Assembly: GCF_006345805.1 (NCBI RefSeq)
Contig: NC_043009.1
Location: 38,068,001-38,132,000 of the forward strand
Reading direction: 5' to 3'
DNA length: 64,000 bases
DNA from: Octopus sinensis
Lineage: Eukaryota
Part shown: one piece after another, positions 26,687 through 40,007 of the stretch
How positions within the stretch are numbered: the stretch's first letter is position 1
Layout: each line of letters starts with the position of its first letter
Position numbers and translations under genes: made by a program
The notes under the pieces: generated by a model
The model's database searches: none
What the model saw: the letters and a program-made list of their open reading frames with translations, nothing else
What the model was told of the DNA's origin: nothing

Positions 26687-27532
26687 CCAGCTCGAATGTT
26701 GACTCTCAGTTATAAATATTTCACTGATACCAATGATGTTATTGAGAAAGGCATGAATGCCACAATACTATTCTCTCAACCTGCCAAATATCAATAGTCA
26801 GCCATCATTTGAGGGATATTTCTGACCTATAAAGGTTAAACAATTGACTGACTTGTTCATCATCATCATCATCATAATCATCATTTTAAGGTTCACTTTC
26901 CAAGGTTTGTGTAGGTTGGATGGAATTTTTTGAGGCAGATTCTCGCTGTCTGGATGTTTCTCCAGTTTTGTTTCCGACCTGTTTCCAAATAAGGCAATAT
27001 CTATTGTCTCAAGTATTTCTCTATGGCTGCTCATGTTTTCACAGAAGATTAGACACAAAGATTCGGAAATAAATAATACTGCCGCATTATTATGGTGACT
27101 CTCATTTCAACAACTATCACGCAATTCAATACAAAAAGACACCAACTCAAACATGTGGTTACAAGGTGAGCCTTGTAACCACAGAGCTATGCCAAGAAAA
27201 AAAAAAGAAAAAAAAAATTAATGTTTTTTTGTTTGTTTATATCTTCCAATAAACAAAGAAACCCTATAGTTTCAATGTCTTTTGTCACTTTCCATATGAA
27301 ATGACCCGTGGGATTAAAAATATCTTACTTGGAAAACAATTTAGTATTGGTGATATGAAGCAAATCTGGTTGTACACAAAAAAAAAAAAAACCTACATTC
27401 ACATTACATGTACATGCTAGCATGAAAAAATAGATGTGAAAATAATTTTATATATCATCATCATCATCATTAGTTAGTGCCTGCTTTCAATGCTGGCATG
27501 GGTTAGATAGCTGCACAAGGTTCCAGTCTGAT

Positions 27533-27863
27533 ACTCTTTACTCTTTTACTTGTTTCAGTCATTTGACTGCAGCCATGCTGGAGCACCACCTTTAGTCGAA
27601 CAAATCGACCCCAGGACTTATTCTCTGCAAGCCTAGTACTTATTCTATCAGTCTCTTTTGCCGAATCGCTAAGTTTCGGGGACGTAAACACACCAGCATC
27701 GGTTGTCAAGCGATGTTAGGGGAACAAACACAGACACACACATATATATATATTTATACATATACATATATACGACGGGCTTCTTTCAGTTTCCGTCTAC
27801 CAAATCCACTCACAATGCTCCAGCAGGTTCGCTGTCAAATGACTGAAACAAGTAAAAGAGTAA
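27533..27863 (-). mobile_element. SINE family A (head-truncated) followed by an inverted copy of its own tail
   Basis: 27533-27815 minus copy; 27816-27863 is the reverse complement of ~27538-27587. Confidence 0.75.
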
Positions 27864-28178
27864 TACATACATACATACATATATATATATATATAGTTGG
27901 ACTCATTGCTTTCGCAAATGAGGAGAGTTCAGTAAAACTTAGTTGTAGAGATTTTGCCATGTCATCTCAAGTAGGATTTAAACCTATCTGGAATTTGCAG
28001 ATTCGTTTGCAGACCTTGTAGTAGTGGTCTGTGTGATTTGGGAGTAGATTGGACCTAGCTCTATGCTGAGCTATTTTTCTCCCTTGGGGGTGTCGATCCT
28101 GCCTGCCTTAAAGTCATAGATGGCTTGGTAGCAATATCTTCTCCACCTGAGCGCTATCAGTATTACATATATATATAT

Positions 28179-28212
<34 letters not shown>

Positions 28213-28343
28213 AAGGGGTTTGTATGATTGTGTATAGAGGGATATATATTATTCAAAGGAATTCCAATTCTGTTTTTTATGTTTTATTTATATTCTTTAT
28301 AATATTAATGTAGAATATAGAATATATAGTATAAATAGTATAT

Positions 28344-28648
28344 ATGGTTCCGGGTTCAGTCCCACTGCGTGGCACCTTGGGCAAGTGTCTTCTACTATAG
28401 CCTCGGGCCGACCAAAGCCTTGTGAGTGGATTTGGTAGACGGAAACTGAAAGAAGCCCGTCGTATATATGTATATATATATGCGTGTGTGTGTGTTTGTG
28501 TGTCTGTGCTTGTCCCCCTAGCATTGCTTGACAAAAGCACTGCTTATAAAAGAATAAGTCCCGGGGTCGAGTTGCTCGATTAAAAAAGGCGGTGCTCCAG
28601 CATGGCCGCAGTCAAATGACTGAAACAAGTAAAAGAGTAAAAAAAGAG
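28344..28648 (+). mobile_element. SINE family A, 5'-truncated
   Basis: Near-consensus head remnant, body and tail. Confidence 0.85.
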
Positions 28649-29135
28649 AATAGTGTAAAATGAAATGATGTATTGATTGTCTTATTGAATAGATGAAATA
28701 TTGAAGATCAAATATTAAGGGACTAGTATACTTTCTTGCATGAAAGCAGTCTTCAAGGTCCCAGGTTGTTAGAAGTTGAATTATTACAAAGAGCCAGAAG
28801 TTATATTCATGTATTTACTGATTGAAGTTGTTGTGAAGTATTGGCCTTTGGCCTTTAATACAATTCTGATATAGGAGTTTCCTTTTGTTGGTGGAGGGGA
28901 GAGGGTAAAAATCTAGGGTGCAGCCCGTAGAAAGGTTGTTATTGTAAGGGGGAAGAGCGGGTATTCTGCTTGTAGTCATTGAACCTACTAAAAATAAGAC
29001 CCCCCAATCCAAATTTCCTTCACGACAAAAGGAAAAGTCCCAACAAATAACTTAATACTAGGTAGCCACCATAAAACACGGTATGGTCGAAGTCTCGACT
29101 AGAAGCAATAATAAAATAAAATAAAAGCAATAATT

Positions 29136-29328
29136 ATTTCTTTATTACCCACAAGGGGCTAAACACAGAGGGGACAAACAAGGACAGATATCGACCCCAG
29201 TGCGTAACTGGTACTTAATTTATCGACCCCGAAAGGATGAAAGGCAAAGTCGACCTCGGCGGAATTTGAACTCATAACGTAACGGCAGACGAAATACGGC
29301 TACGCATTTCGCCCAGCGTGCTAACGTT
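29136..29328 (-). mobile_element. SINE family B, near-consensus (young)
   Basis: CpGs retained. Confidence 0.88.
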
Positions 29329-29640
29329 TATGAAAGCACTATTTTCGTGGAAGACAAAACGTATTCGTGCACATACAGGATGTGACAAACGCGCGCGCCT
29401 GTGTGTGAATGTGTGTGTTTCTCTTCTTAGTTTAATCTTGACCGGCCACCTTACTTGGTAGCAAAGTTGTGAAGGAAAGTAGCTTGTTTTAACCGTCATC
29501 CGTATAAATTTTAAGGTCTAGCAGATTCTTGTAGTCCCAGATATCGTGATGTGTGTGCATATTCTTTTGACTGCGGCCATGCTGGAGCATTAATATATTT
29601 CAGTATTGATTTATGATATACAACTATGTATGTGTGTGTG

Positions 29641-30020
29641 TTCTTTTACTTGTTTCAGTCATGAGACTGCTGCCATGCTGGAGCACCACATTTAGTCAAG
29701 CAAATCAACCCCCAGGACTTACTCTTTATAAGCCTAGTACTTATTCTATCGGTCACTTTTGCTGAACCGCTAAATTACGGGACGTAAACACAACAGAATC
29801 GGTTGTCAAGCGATGGTGGTAGCGGGGAACAATCACAGACACACAAACATATATATACAACGGGCTTCTTTCAGTTTCCGTCTACTAAATCCACTCACAA
29901 GGCTTTGGTCGGCCCGAGGCTATAGTAGAAGACACTTGCCCAAGGTGCCACGCAGTGGGACTGAACTCGGAACCATGTGGCTGGTAAGCAAGCTACTTAC
30001 CACACAGCTACTCCTACGCC
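29641..30020 (-). mobile_element. SINE family A, full length
   Basis: Reverse complement match to the family, ends ...CTCCTACGCC. Confidence 0.85.
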
Positions 30021-30541
30021 TAAGTTTCCTTTAAGATTTATTTAAGTTCTCAATGGAGTTCGAGTCGGTCGCCATCATAGTGATTGGACATTTTGAGTTA
30101 AAATATTTCCCCGGGATTTGTAAATATGTAGTTGAGTTAGTGTGTGCGTATATATATGTGTGTGTGTGTGTGTGTGTATACATGTACTTATGGTCTGTGT
30201 GCATGTCTCTTTAGTGCTTGGGAGGTATTCGTGTGTACGTGTGTGTGTGCGCGCGCTCACAAGTATACGTATGTATGCATGTGTATATGTGGTGTGCATT
30301 ATGCATTCTTCATACACGTATATTAAAGCAATGTGTAGGAGAGCGCTTTATGTGTAAATTAACCTCCATGTCTATATATGATGGAGGAGCATTTTAAGAA
30401 ATTAATTTTGTCAGCATATTTCTCGAGATAATGCATATACAAAATATAAAGATTCACACACACAGAACAGATTGTATGGCCACAAAGTAATGACAGAAAC
30501 AAGATAAAACATATATACACACACAAACACGCACGCACGCG

Positions 30542-30573
<32 letters not shown>

Positions 30574-31432
30574 CATACATACAAACGTATAAATGCACAC
30601 ATACAATAGTCGATATCTGGTTTTTACTCATATCACATTGTTATATTATTCACATTGTTATATTATTCCAATAAATAAATAAAATTTTAATGTGTATATG
30701 TCTACTCGATATGGGTTTTAGTCACCTAACACATTTCTCATTTCTCCTTCGCTGAAATGTCCAACTCAAAATATGAGAATTCACGTTTTCGGGACGGCAA
30801 ACGAATGTAGATCGTTGGATATCGAGAACTTTGTGTGTGCGTGTGTGTGTGTATGAGAGGGAGAGAAAGAAAGAGTGTGTGTGTGTGTGTGTGTGAGAAC
30901 AAACGAGGGATCGAACCTGGTTCTTGGTGTTATAGCTCGATCTACATGAAATATGTACCCAAGATCTGCTTCAACTCACGCTATCAGAGCAGTGGAAGAA
31001 AAAAAATTAAAAAAAGGTAAAGGCGGGATGGTCAGGCTGACCTGGGGCTATATAAATACGCACACACACACACCTCACACAAAGGCTTGCCCGTCTGTCG
31101 AATTTTCTATTTTGTCCAACTGTGTTTTACCATTTGCTGTTTATATATACATATAAACGTACACACACACACACACATACATATATATACACGGACAATT
31201 TTTAATAAATATTTATTTCATTTCGCTAAAGGGAAAGTAAATTCGACTATATACACATACAAATATAGATATATTTATAAACACACATACACATACTCAT
31301 CTATATGTATAGGTACATTTTATACATACACATATGTACATGTATGCGTGTCTGTACGCATTATAAGGTTTATCTTAAAGAAGTTTCAAAACCGAACAAA
31401 GTGGTTGCAAGGGACTGTGTGTGCGCGCGCGC

Positions 31433-31471
<39 letters not shown>

Positions 31472-31793
31472 TATGTATGTGTATATATATATACATAATT
31501 ATACACACGCACATGTCAGTAGATAGATAACAGATAGATAAAGTTTATATTAGCTTGAAAACCGGAGGTCGCTTAGGCCGACTCTCTCCTTAATACACAC
31601 ACATTACCCTAGGGTTAGTGTAGGTACGACTGTAAAACAATCATAATTTCTGTCCGTGAGGCTTTAAACTGGAGGTGAACAAAACATTATGTTCGTTCTA
31701 AAGAAAGAATTATTTCCAGACGGTGGGGGAGAAAAGATAACTAGAAGCCTATGTACACAAAATTCCTTTCCGTAAATATGTATACATATATAC

Positions 31794-31829
<36 letters not shown>

Positions 31830-31915
31830 AGTTAAGTATATGTCTGGTGACCAATGGTTTCGCATCCATAAAGGACTCTAAAGCCGAAGGCCATCTAATA
31901 TAAGCTAATATATAT

Positions 31916-31954
<39 letters not shown>

Positions 31955-32196
31955 TTGTATGTAGGGCCTTGTTTGGCCTTGCTTGCTCGAAACCGTTATA
32001 TATATATATATATATATATAAACACACGCTTTCATATTAAATTGTTTTTATTTTACTTATTGCATTGGGTTTGCTTTTCACTAGATTAAATAATTGTACC
32101 AGGGGTACATTTATGCTTTGTAACCCCTACAGAACACCGCACGAATTTACTTTTATATTAGAGTCTTACAGGTTATGGTGTTTAAGGTAGAGAATA

Positions 32197-32244
<48 letters not shown>

Positions 32245-32592
32245 TATGTATACGTACGTGTGTTTGTGAAAGAGAGAATGTAAGAGGATGAAAATTATGC
32301 GTGTGTGCAAGTCTGCGTGTGAGAAAGAATGAGGATAAAATGTGCGTGTGTGTGTGTTTGCGAGAGAGTGTACGTTCGTGTGAAAAACTGTGCGTAAGAA
32401 AGACGGGGAAAAGATAGTGTGTGTGTGTGTATGTGTGTGAGAGAGAGAGAGAAAGAAAGACAGATACTGTTTTATTAATTTTGCCTGGAAAAAAAAAACA
32501 GGTAAATTTCAAATAATACCAAAACAAAAATGTTTGCAAAAGGGAGAATGAGAGAGAGAGAAAGCTGGAGGGAAGAAAATAAGAAAATGTGT

Positions 32593-32646
<54 letters not shown>

Positions 32647-32730
32647 GTGTACTTAGGAAAGAAAGTGAGTGAGTGTGAAACGTGTATATGAAAGTGTGTA
32701 TGTGTGAAAAACTATGTACCTTATGCATAT

Positions 32731-32762
<32 letters not shown>

Positions 32763-33018
32763 CTACAAGCAAGAACGGAGTGAGTAGAATATAGATAGAA
32801 AGAAGTGGAGAATTGTTAGCAAGAAAGAGTAAGAGAATGTGTGTACGCAAGGGTATGTGTTGTGTGTGTGTGTGTACGCACACAAAAGAAAAGGAAAATG
32901 TGATTTCTTGTGAAGAGACCAGGAAACTTGCACAATATTGCAGATTGTACTGTGTGAGCGAGAGAAAGTAAACACTAACGTAACTGCAAACCCTACATCG
33001 ATACGCACACACACACAC

Positions 33019-33057
<39 letters not shown>

Positions 33058-36000
33058 TATATATATATAACGTAAATGATGTATTTTGTTAATGGTCTTC
33101 TATTCTGTTTTTTTTTACTAGTTTTAGTCAAGGTATTGTGGCCACGCTGGGGCACTGTCTGCAAGGCTTTTCAGTCGATCATTATCGACCGACAGACACC
33201 TGCACGTACTTTTACTCCAGCCTTGTATTTTATTGATTTCTATTTATCGAATTACTAAGTTATAGGACGCATTAATATCGATTTTTAAACCAGTATAAAC
33301 ACACAAACACACTATCTATCTATCTATCTATCAATCACCGCAAACCCTGGTAATTCTCAGGTACAATTCTTCCGTAGGGTACGGGTTAATTCGAAGTTAT
33401 AGAAAATGCCACGGGTCTAAGATACCACACGGCGGAATCGAAAACTGACTCTAAAGATTGCGAAGCAAACTTCCTATCAATCGGTCATACTGTGCTGCTT
33501 CTGTGTGTGTGTGTGGTGTGTGTGTGTGTGTAATAATAATAATAATTCTTTCTACTATAATCACAAGATCTGAGATTTTGAGGACGGGGGTTAGTTGATT
33601 ACATCGACCCCCGCTACTTGACTGGTACTTATTTTATAGCCTTCGAAAAGGTGAAAGCAATGATGTTGGCCCCCGGCAAGGTTTGGGCTAAGAATGTAAC
33701 GAGTCGAAAGAAATATTGGTCAGCATTTTGTCCGATGCGCTAACGCCACTTTAATAACAAAAACTACAAAATCAAAAGATTAACTTTAATTTTCGTAGAA
33801 ACGCGAATTTGCAGAGTGATATGCTCCAGGAATATAACAGATTTGTTTTCAGCTAAGTCGATTAAAAATATATGAGGAATTTAGAAAAAGAAGTTTAAAA
33901 TCTAACGGAGTTCGAACTCACTGAAGCACCGAACAAGATGCCGTAAAACACGCGCGCTGTCTTTGCTGCTACCGTTTTAGGATTCTCAACAGAATTTATT
34001 GATTTTTTTTTAATGATTTTCTTTTTTATCTCTCAAAGTAGAAGACTAAGAATTGAAGACAGGAACTCCGGAGATAAGGAGGATGGGATGGGATAGTTGA
34101 ACTTTGTGCGAGTTATTACTGGAAGGGTAGTAGGGAGTTGGTGCTTTTGAAGGAACACAATGGAATCACAATGTCCATAGGACCATTGTTCCATTGTAAT
34201 GGTTGGCGAAGGGTTACGAAGATTGAAAAACCAACAGCAACAGCAACTTTAACAGGAATAATAATGCAGATGATGATAAGAATCAGAGAGGCGAATGGCC
34301 TATTGTGAAGAATATGAGGTGCTGCTAGCAAGAACAATGTCCGTTATAGTCGCAGTGGAAGAGATAGAAGAGAGGAGGACGTTCACAGACAATGGTTAAA
34401 GGATTAAAGAATTACAATCAGATAGTAGCGTTGTTGACGTTGTTATTGGTTAGACTTAGATGAGACCTGATCCAGAAGACCCATGAGCAAAAGTGTTCCA
34501 GCTACAATCATCCTGTCAATTATCCATACATATACCTAAGACTACATTATCCAATGTGTCCTTCCTTTCTTTTTAAAGGTTTGTAAGATGTGATTGATTC
34601 GGTTGTTGTTGTTTCTAAGAAATTAAAAGACCGCAGAGCCCTCCATCTCGTCTCGATTAGTTGGGGGTTTCTCTTTTCGATTATATGAATAACTTTATCT
34701 GATTTTATGATGTAGTTTATGCAAATACCACGAAGATATGACAGCTAAGTGCACAATAAAGAAATATAGTAGATAAACCTTTTGTTTTAATATCCAGCAT
34801 ATTCGCATATGCAGACAGCAACACTTAAAAATGTTAGATGCTCCTAAGATCAGCCCTGTTCTATAGGAATACAAAGGAGTAACAAGAATAAAGAAGATAC
34901 ATCTACAGAGGAAAACCCATGCCAGCTAGCATTGTAGGGCTCTGGACGGAGGACCTGGTAAAGTTACTTGAGATTTTATTCGGCCTGACCTTTCGAGGAA
35001 ATGGGAACTAGGACGAGATTTCGAGCCGAGTGGCCAGTCGCAGCCATAAATAGGCTCAAAGGAAGCTTTCCCAAGCAAACATGTACATCACTGCGATTTG
35101 CCACTTGACTCGTAACTTAGTTCTTGTGCCCCTGGAAGTCCAGACCGAACCAAACATATATTACCACCTGGTTGTTGTGCCTAGCTTCACTTTCCGTCTT
35201 TTCTGCTTTTGCGATTCTTGTGGAACAGACGCGTGGTTCATTGGTTGTCAACACTCGTTGCATGGCACCATTTGTCAGGTATTTCTCTCTACAGCTCGTC
35301 TTTTTATTGGAGCTGCAGTCACGAGTCAAGCAAAGACTAAGATTAACCGCCTGGTGCCAGAAATGACGTCAGAGGCAGTGAGTCCTTTACTAATCAAACT
35401 ACGCAACCAGTAGAATTTTGATATCGGCTTCCGAGAGAGGACTAGTGGCCAAGAAGAACAAACAACAAACAACATACTCCAAGAAACTTTAGGTGTTGAT
35501 GGGAATTAATAGACTTTTCAGGACGACTTTAGTATCAAAGATTATGGGTAACTTTCAGAAATTCTAGGCTTGGTAATGCTACAGGTGGACGTGTTAATTT
35601 GATTTAACTTCTATGGACATGAAAGCGTCGCCAGTCAGGTATCTCTAAGTTTATTGTTAAACGTAGATAGAGGTGGCTCTCAGCTGAGTCTGTCGTCAAG
35701 ATTACCCTGTGGCCTTCCTTTGATCGTAAAGAGCAGGTATACATGTCTGTGTATGGTGAATACGAACGAGGGGGTTGAAGACAGACGTTTTCTGCTTATG
35801 TTAAACTCACGTTGATTTTTTTTCTTTTCTTTTGCAAGTTCCATTTGGAGAGAGAGGTACTGCAATTTATAACAAATGTGTTACAATAACGAAATACTGA
35901 TTTCTGACATTCACACAAGGTTATTTTAAGTGAGAGATATTACTGATTAAGTCGGCCCACGTACATGACTGGTATTTAATTTTATGGGTCTAGAAGGCAA

Positions 36001-36544
36001 ACTTGACTCTGGTGGAATCTGAACCAAGACGTAAAAGGCAATCATAAACGAGAAGCAATTAGTCTGGCACTACTATTGTTTTGCCCACTACCACCTTAGA
36101 TATTCATAATAATTTTGGTAATGATGGTAAGAATGTAAAGAATGATACGCACTGTGATAAGAACTTTGAGAGTGATAAAAGAAATTGAGTATGAAATAAG
36201 TTACTGTACCAGGCGCCCTTCATCTCAAGAAGTATGAATAAATAGTTCTACCAGGTGTCACTCATAACTTACACAGAATTCTCTCCATAACAGGAGAATT
36301 ATCTGCACTAAGACGGCAAACTCTCACAAATTAGAGAATCTACACACACACACACAGCTACATAGCTAAATGTTGTGAGGACAGATATTGTAAAATGTAA
36401 GAATCTGGAATGGCATGGAGTAAAGAATACACACAAATACACACGGCGGAATTAAGATCTGAAAGACAACTGCTGTTGAGCCCCCACCTAAGCATTTTAG
36501 AGGGTAGATTCTATTTAACCCCACCCTTCACTTCTAATAATATA

Positions 36545-37095
36545 TTTCTTTACTACCCACAAGGCGCTAAACACAGAGAGGACAAACAAGGACAGACAAA
36601 CAGATTAAATCGATTATATCGACCCCAGTGCGTAACTGGTACTTAATTTATCGACCCCGAAAGGATGAAAGGCAAAGTCGACCTCGGCAGTAATAATCTT
36701 TTCTATACGCACAAGGCCTGAAATTTCAGGGGAGCGGCTAAATCGATTTCATCAACCCCAGTGCTCAACTGGTACTTATTTTATCGACACCCGAAAGGAT
36801 GAAAGGTAAAATCGACCTTGGCGGAATTTGATCTCAGACTGTAAAGACGGACGAAATGCCGTTAAGTATTTGGTCCGGCGTGCTACCGATTTTTCCAGCT
36901 CGCTACTATTAGTTTCTAATTTACGAGTAGTGTTGGAAAAGTTAGTCCATTCCATTGAGCCCTGTACTTGACTGACACTTCACTTTATCTTATCGATTCC
37001 GAAAGACGAAAGGCAAAACCGACTTCAGCGGGATTTGAAACCAGAATATAAAGAGCCAGAGCAGATACTGTATGACATTTTATCCGACGCATTTA
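36545..37095 (-). mobile_element. Three tandem SINE family B copies
   Basis: Central domain repeated three times with increasing divergence. Confidence 0.8.
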
Positions 37096-37227
37096 TGTCA
37101 TACAGTATCTGCTTTGTATTCTTTCTAAGGGCGGTGAATGGCAACATCGTAATATTAGCAATTTCAAAGGATGGAGATGATTCTATAGCAGTGGTTTCCA
37201 ACCTGGGGTCCGTGAACTAAATTCAAA

Positions 37228-37268
<41 letters not shown>

Positions 37269-37309
37269 AAAATTTGTTTGCTTGTTATCAGTCGTAAGAC
37301 ACTTGTTTT

Positions 37310-37641
37310 CACCGTTAATGCTTCTGTATTTCATGTTTCTGTATTCCATTATTGTTTTTTGTTTTTTTTATATCTGTCCCTTTTGCTGTCCTGGTGTTCG
37401 TATGCATTCGATCCTTCTTCCAGGAAATCTACGCTTCCAGCTTAGTTTTTCTAATGCTCGTTGCTTAGTTTTTCTTGGAGGGCTGGCCGTGATCTAGTAA
37501 TCTCAAGATTAATCAGCCGAAATTACTACGATGATCCGGTTCTTGACTGAAGACTGAGGGGTTCGAATGTCCTGTCCATGTTTATTGTGTCGTCTTCTAA
37601 GAGTTATACGTTCTTGTCCATGTTGTATTTTTCTACATACC

Positions 37642-37679
<38 letters not shown>

Positions 37680-37890
37680 TATATATATATATATAACAAC
37701 AATAATATCTATATAAATATTCACTTCTGAATATTTACACCGAAGCTGTTCTGATTTGGCGCAAAACAGTTCAGAACGCCGGCAGATTTTCAACGTGACG
37801 AGTTGAAAAAGTTTTTTTCAATAGGTAAGACTTGCTGATGAAGGCAAGGCTTTTCGCCAGAACCAGAAATCATGATCTAAGTATATCCAA
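37310..37890 (+). mobile_element. Penelope-like derived repeat with two hammerhead remnants (37542-37580 and 37829-37882), interrupted by (TA)n
   Basis: Homology to 17080-17525; CUGAAGA...GAAU...GUC and CUGAUGA A GGC...GCC AGAAC...AUC motifs. Confidence 0.55.
37829..37882 (+). ncRNA. Type I hammerhead motif with core substitutions
   Basis: ACUUG CUGAUGA A GGC-(10 nt)-GCC AGAAC CAGAAAUCAUG AUC UAAGU: 5-bp helix I, 3-bp helix II; GAAAC reads AGAAC. Confidence 0.55.
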
Positions 37891-38042
37891 ATGCCAAAAT
37901 ATATAAGCATTGAGCTATATAATTGGTATGTTAAAAATTCTGTCGTATTTTTCAGTGCTGTTGGTGGTTTAAATAAAAGTTTTAACTCCTCTTTCTAGCA
38001 GGTTGGTGCCTTGCCTGCCCTTATGATATATATATATATATA

Positions 38043-38270
38043 TTTGAATGGTACAACAATGGACTATATACCTGTTGTAATTTAGTCATCCATAGTCTGA
38101 TATGATATTTCGGAATAAAATTCTTTCTTCAGATATTCTTAGCAGCGACTCTATCTAAGAATATCTGAAGGAATTTTATTCCGAAATATCATATCAGACT
38201 ATGGATGACTAATTTACAACAGGTATATAGTCCATTATTTATATTGTAGTGCATTGTTGTACCATTCAAA
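38043..38270. repeat. Long near-perfect inverted repeat (about 80-bp inner stem, 12-nt loop, about 19-bp outer stem); each arm carries a hammerhead-like motif
   Basis: Arms ~38058-38142 and 38155-38236 are reverse complements apart from one mismatch and a 3-nt indel region; outer TTTGAATGGTACAACAATG / CATTGTTGTACCATTCAAA. Confidence 0.92.
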
Positions 38271-38320
38271 ACTTTTTAATCTTTACAAACAATACACAAT
38301 GCTTCAAGCGAACTACAATA

Positions 38321-38362
<42 letters not shown>

Positions 38363-38662
38363 ATATATATATGAGAATAAGCATATTAAAAGGGGTCCGA
38401 TGGAAAACTCATTTAAATAAAAGGTTTGGGATCCACTGGTCTATACCATCAAACCCGGACATTTGACTTCTATTTTATTTTATCGACTCAGGATGGATGG
38501 AAGGCAAAGTTGACGGCGATGAGATTTGAACACAGAGCATAAAGAACTACAAGTAAATACCGTATGATATTTTGTCTGACACTAATAAATTCTCCTAATA
38601 CACCGTCTTTTAATAATAATAACTTCGATGATTTCTTAGGTAGAAGACTGAACATACTAGAT

Positions 38663-38837
38663 CAGTGGGTCCCAACCTTTTCACTGCCTAGGACCCCTTT
38701 TATTAAAATGAGCTTTCTCACGGACGCCTTTTAATATGGTTATCCTTATATATGAAATTTTGAATTTAGTTCACAGGCCCCTAGTACTACCTTTGCGAAC
38801 CACCGGGGGTCCGCGGACCACAGGTTGGGAACTATCG
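38663..38837. mobile_element. hAT/Charlie-type MITE
   Basis: CAGTGGGTCCCAACC...GGTTGGGAACTATCG termini; perfect 8-bp TSD TACTAGAT on both sides. Confidence 0.85.
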
Positions 38838-39337
38838 TACTAGATTAGTGGCTTCCAAACTTTGTCTGGTCTGCCGCCCCCTTGGCACTCAGGCCGCCTT
38901 CTTAACTCTCCCCTCACTCACCAACTCAAACATAGACCTCTTTCTGTAGCAAATTCAAAGCAACTGAATTTCACAAAAGAAGCTTAACACATTATTTTGT
39001 TATTTTTTACATCCGCCGCCCCTCGTTTGGCCACCCCATTATGGCCTCACTTTTTTTCAACTCCCTTCTGAATTATTTCCACAGCCCTAGGAGATAGCAT
39101 TAATGACAATGACTGGAACTAAATAAACATAATTTGTCTTTTTTTTTTTTCTAACATAGCCATAGGCCCCACACGTTTTGTGAGAATTTTATAACTGATT
39201 CATGAGTTAGAAGTATGAACGTATGGTTAATACGTTCGCAGCAGTGTGTGCAAATATCTGCAGATATTTTCAATATTCTCGAGTCGATCCTGGCCTAGTG
39301 AGTCAAATTCGTTTATTGTTGTAGTTGACTATCATTG

Positions 39338-39535
39338 TACGAAGGGGAACTGAAAAGTTCTTGGCTTTGGGCAAAAGAAAATACAAGAGGATCAGCTAAT
39401 TATGATTTTCTTCAACATACTCCCCTCTCAGATTCACATACTTATTGCAGCGGTCTTTCAGTGTTTTTCTAAGCCCTGTAAAACAACTCAGAAGGTTGAG
39501 ACTTCAACCAGGCCTTTCGCGACACCCTTAAAGCA
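39338..39535 (+). mobile_element. Tc1/mariner element left end (fragment)
   Basis: TA CGAAGGGGAACTGAAAAGTTC resembles mariner TACGAGGG...AAAAGT termini; no right end seen. Confidence 0.45.
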
Positions 39536-40007
39536 CCGCCTCGTAATAGAGGGCGTTTAAGTTACAACCATCCTGCCTTTTAGAGATATCTAAGGACACA
39601 TTTATTGTCTTAGTCTTTTGTAAAGACAGTAAGGTGAAATTTGACGAAGATCTAGTTACTTACAATTGCGAATGGTTCAAACGACTACATAGTGCATCCC
39701 TGGTTTGCTTATTTGAAATTAGGGTAGCGAGAAATTGTATGGAGGCCGTTGGATGGTATTTACCTGTTCATGGTTGGTAAACTTCATCCGCTGTCCGGGT
39801 TTAAAACCACCACATGTCCTTTAGCTAGCATTAGCAGTCTTATTCTGTTGTGAGCATTCGAAGAGGGTTTCAGTTGATAAAATAAAGTACCAACTAAATA
39901 CTCAGGATGATGGTATCAACTAGCCCACCTCCCTTCAAAATTGCTGATGCTGGACTAAATTAGGAACCCTTATTATCATTATTATTATTGTTATTATTAT
40001 TATTATT

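Noticed and set aside
31040-31060. TATA box (GGGGCTATATAAATA) as a plus-strand promoter
   Set aside because: TATA-like strings are ubiquitous in this TA-rich DNA and there is no supporting downstream gene.
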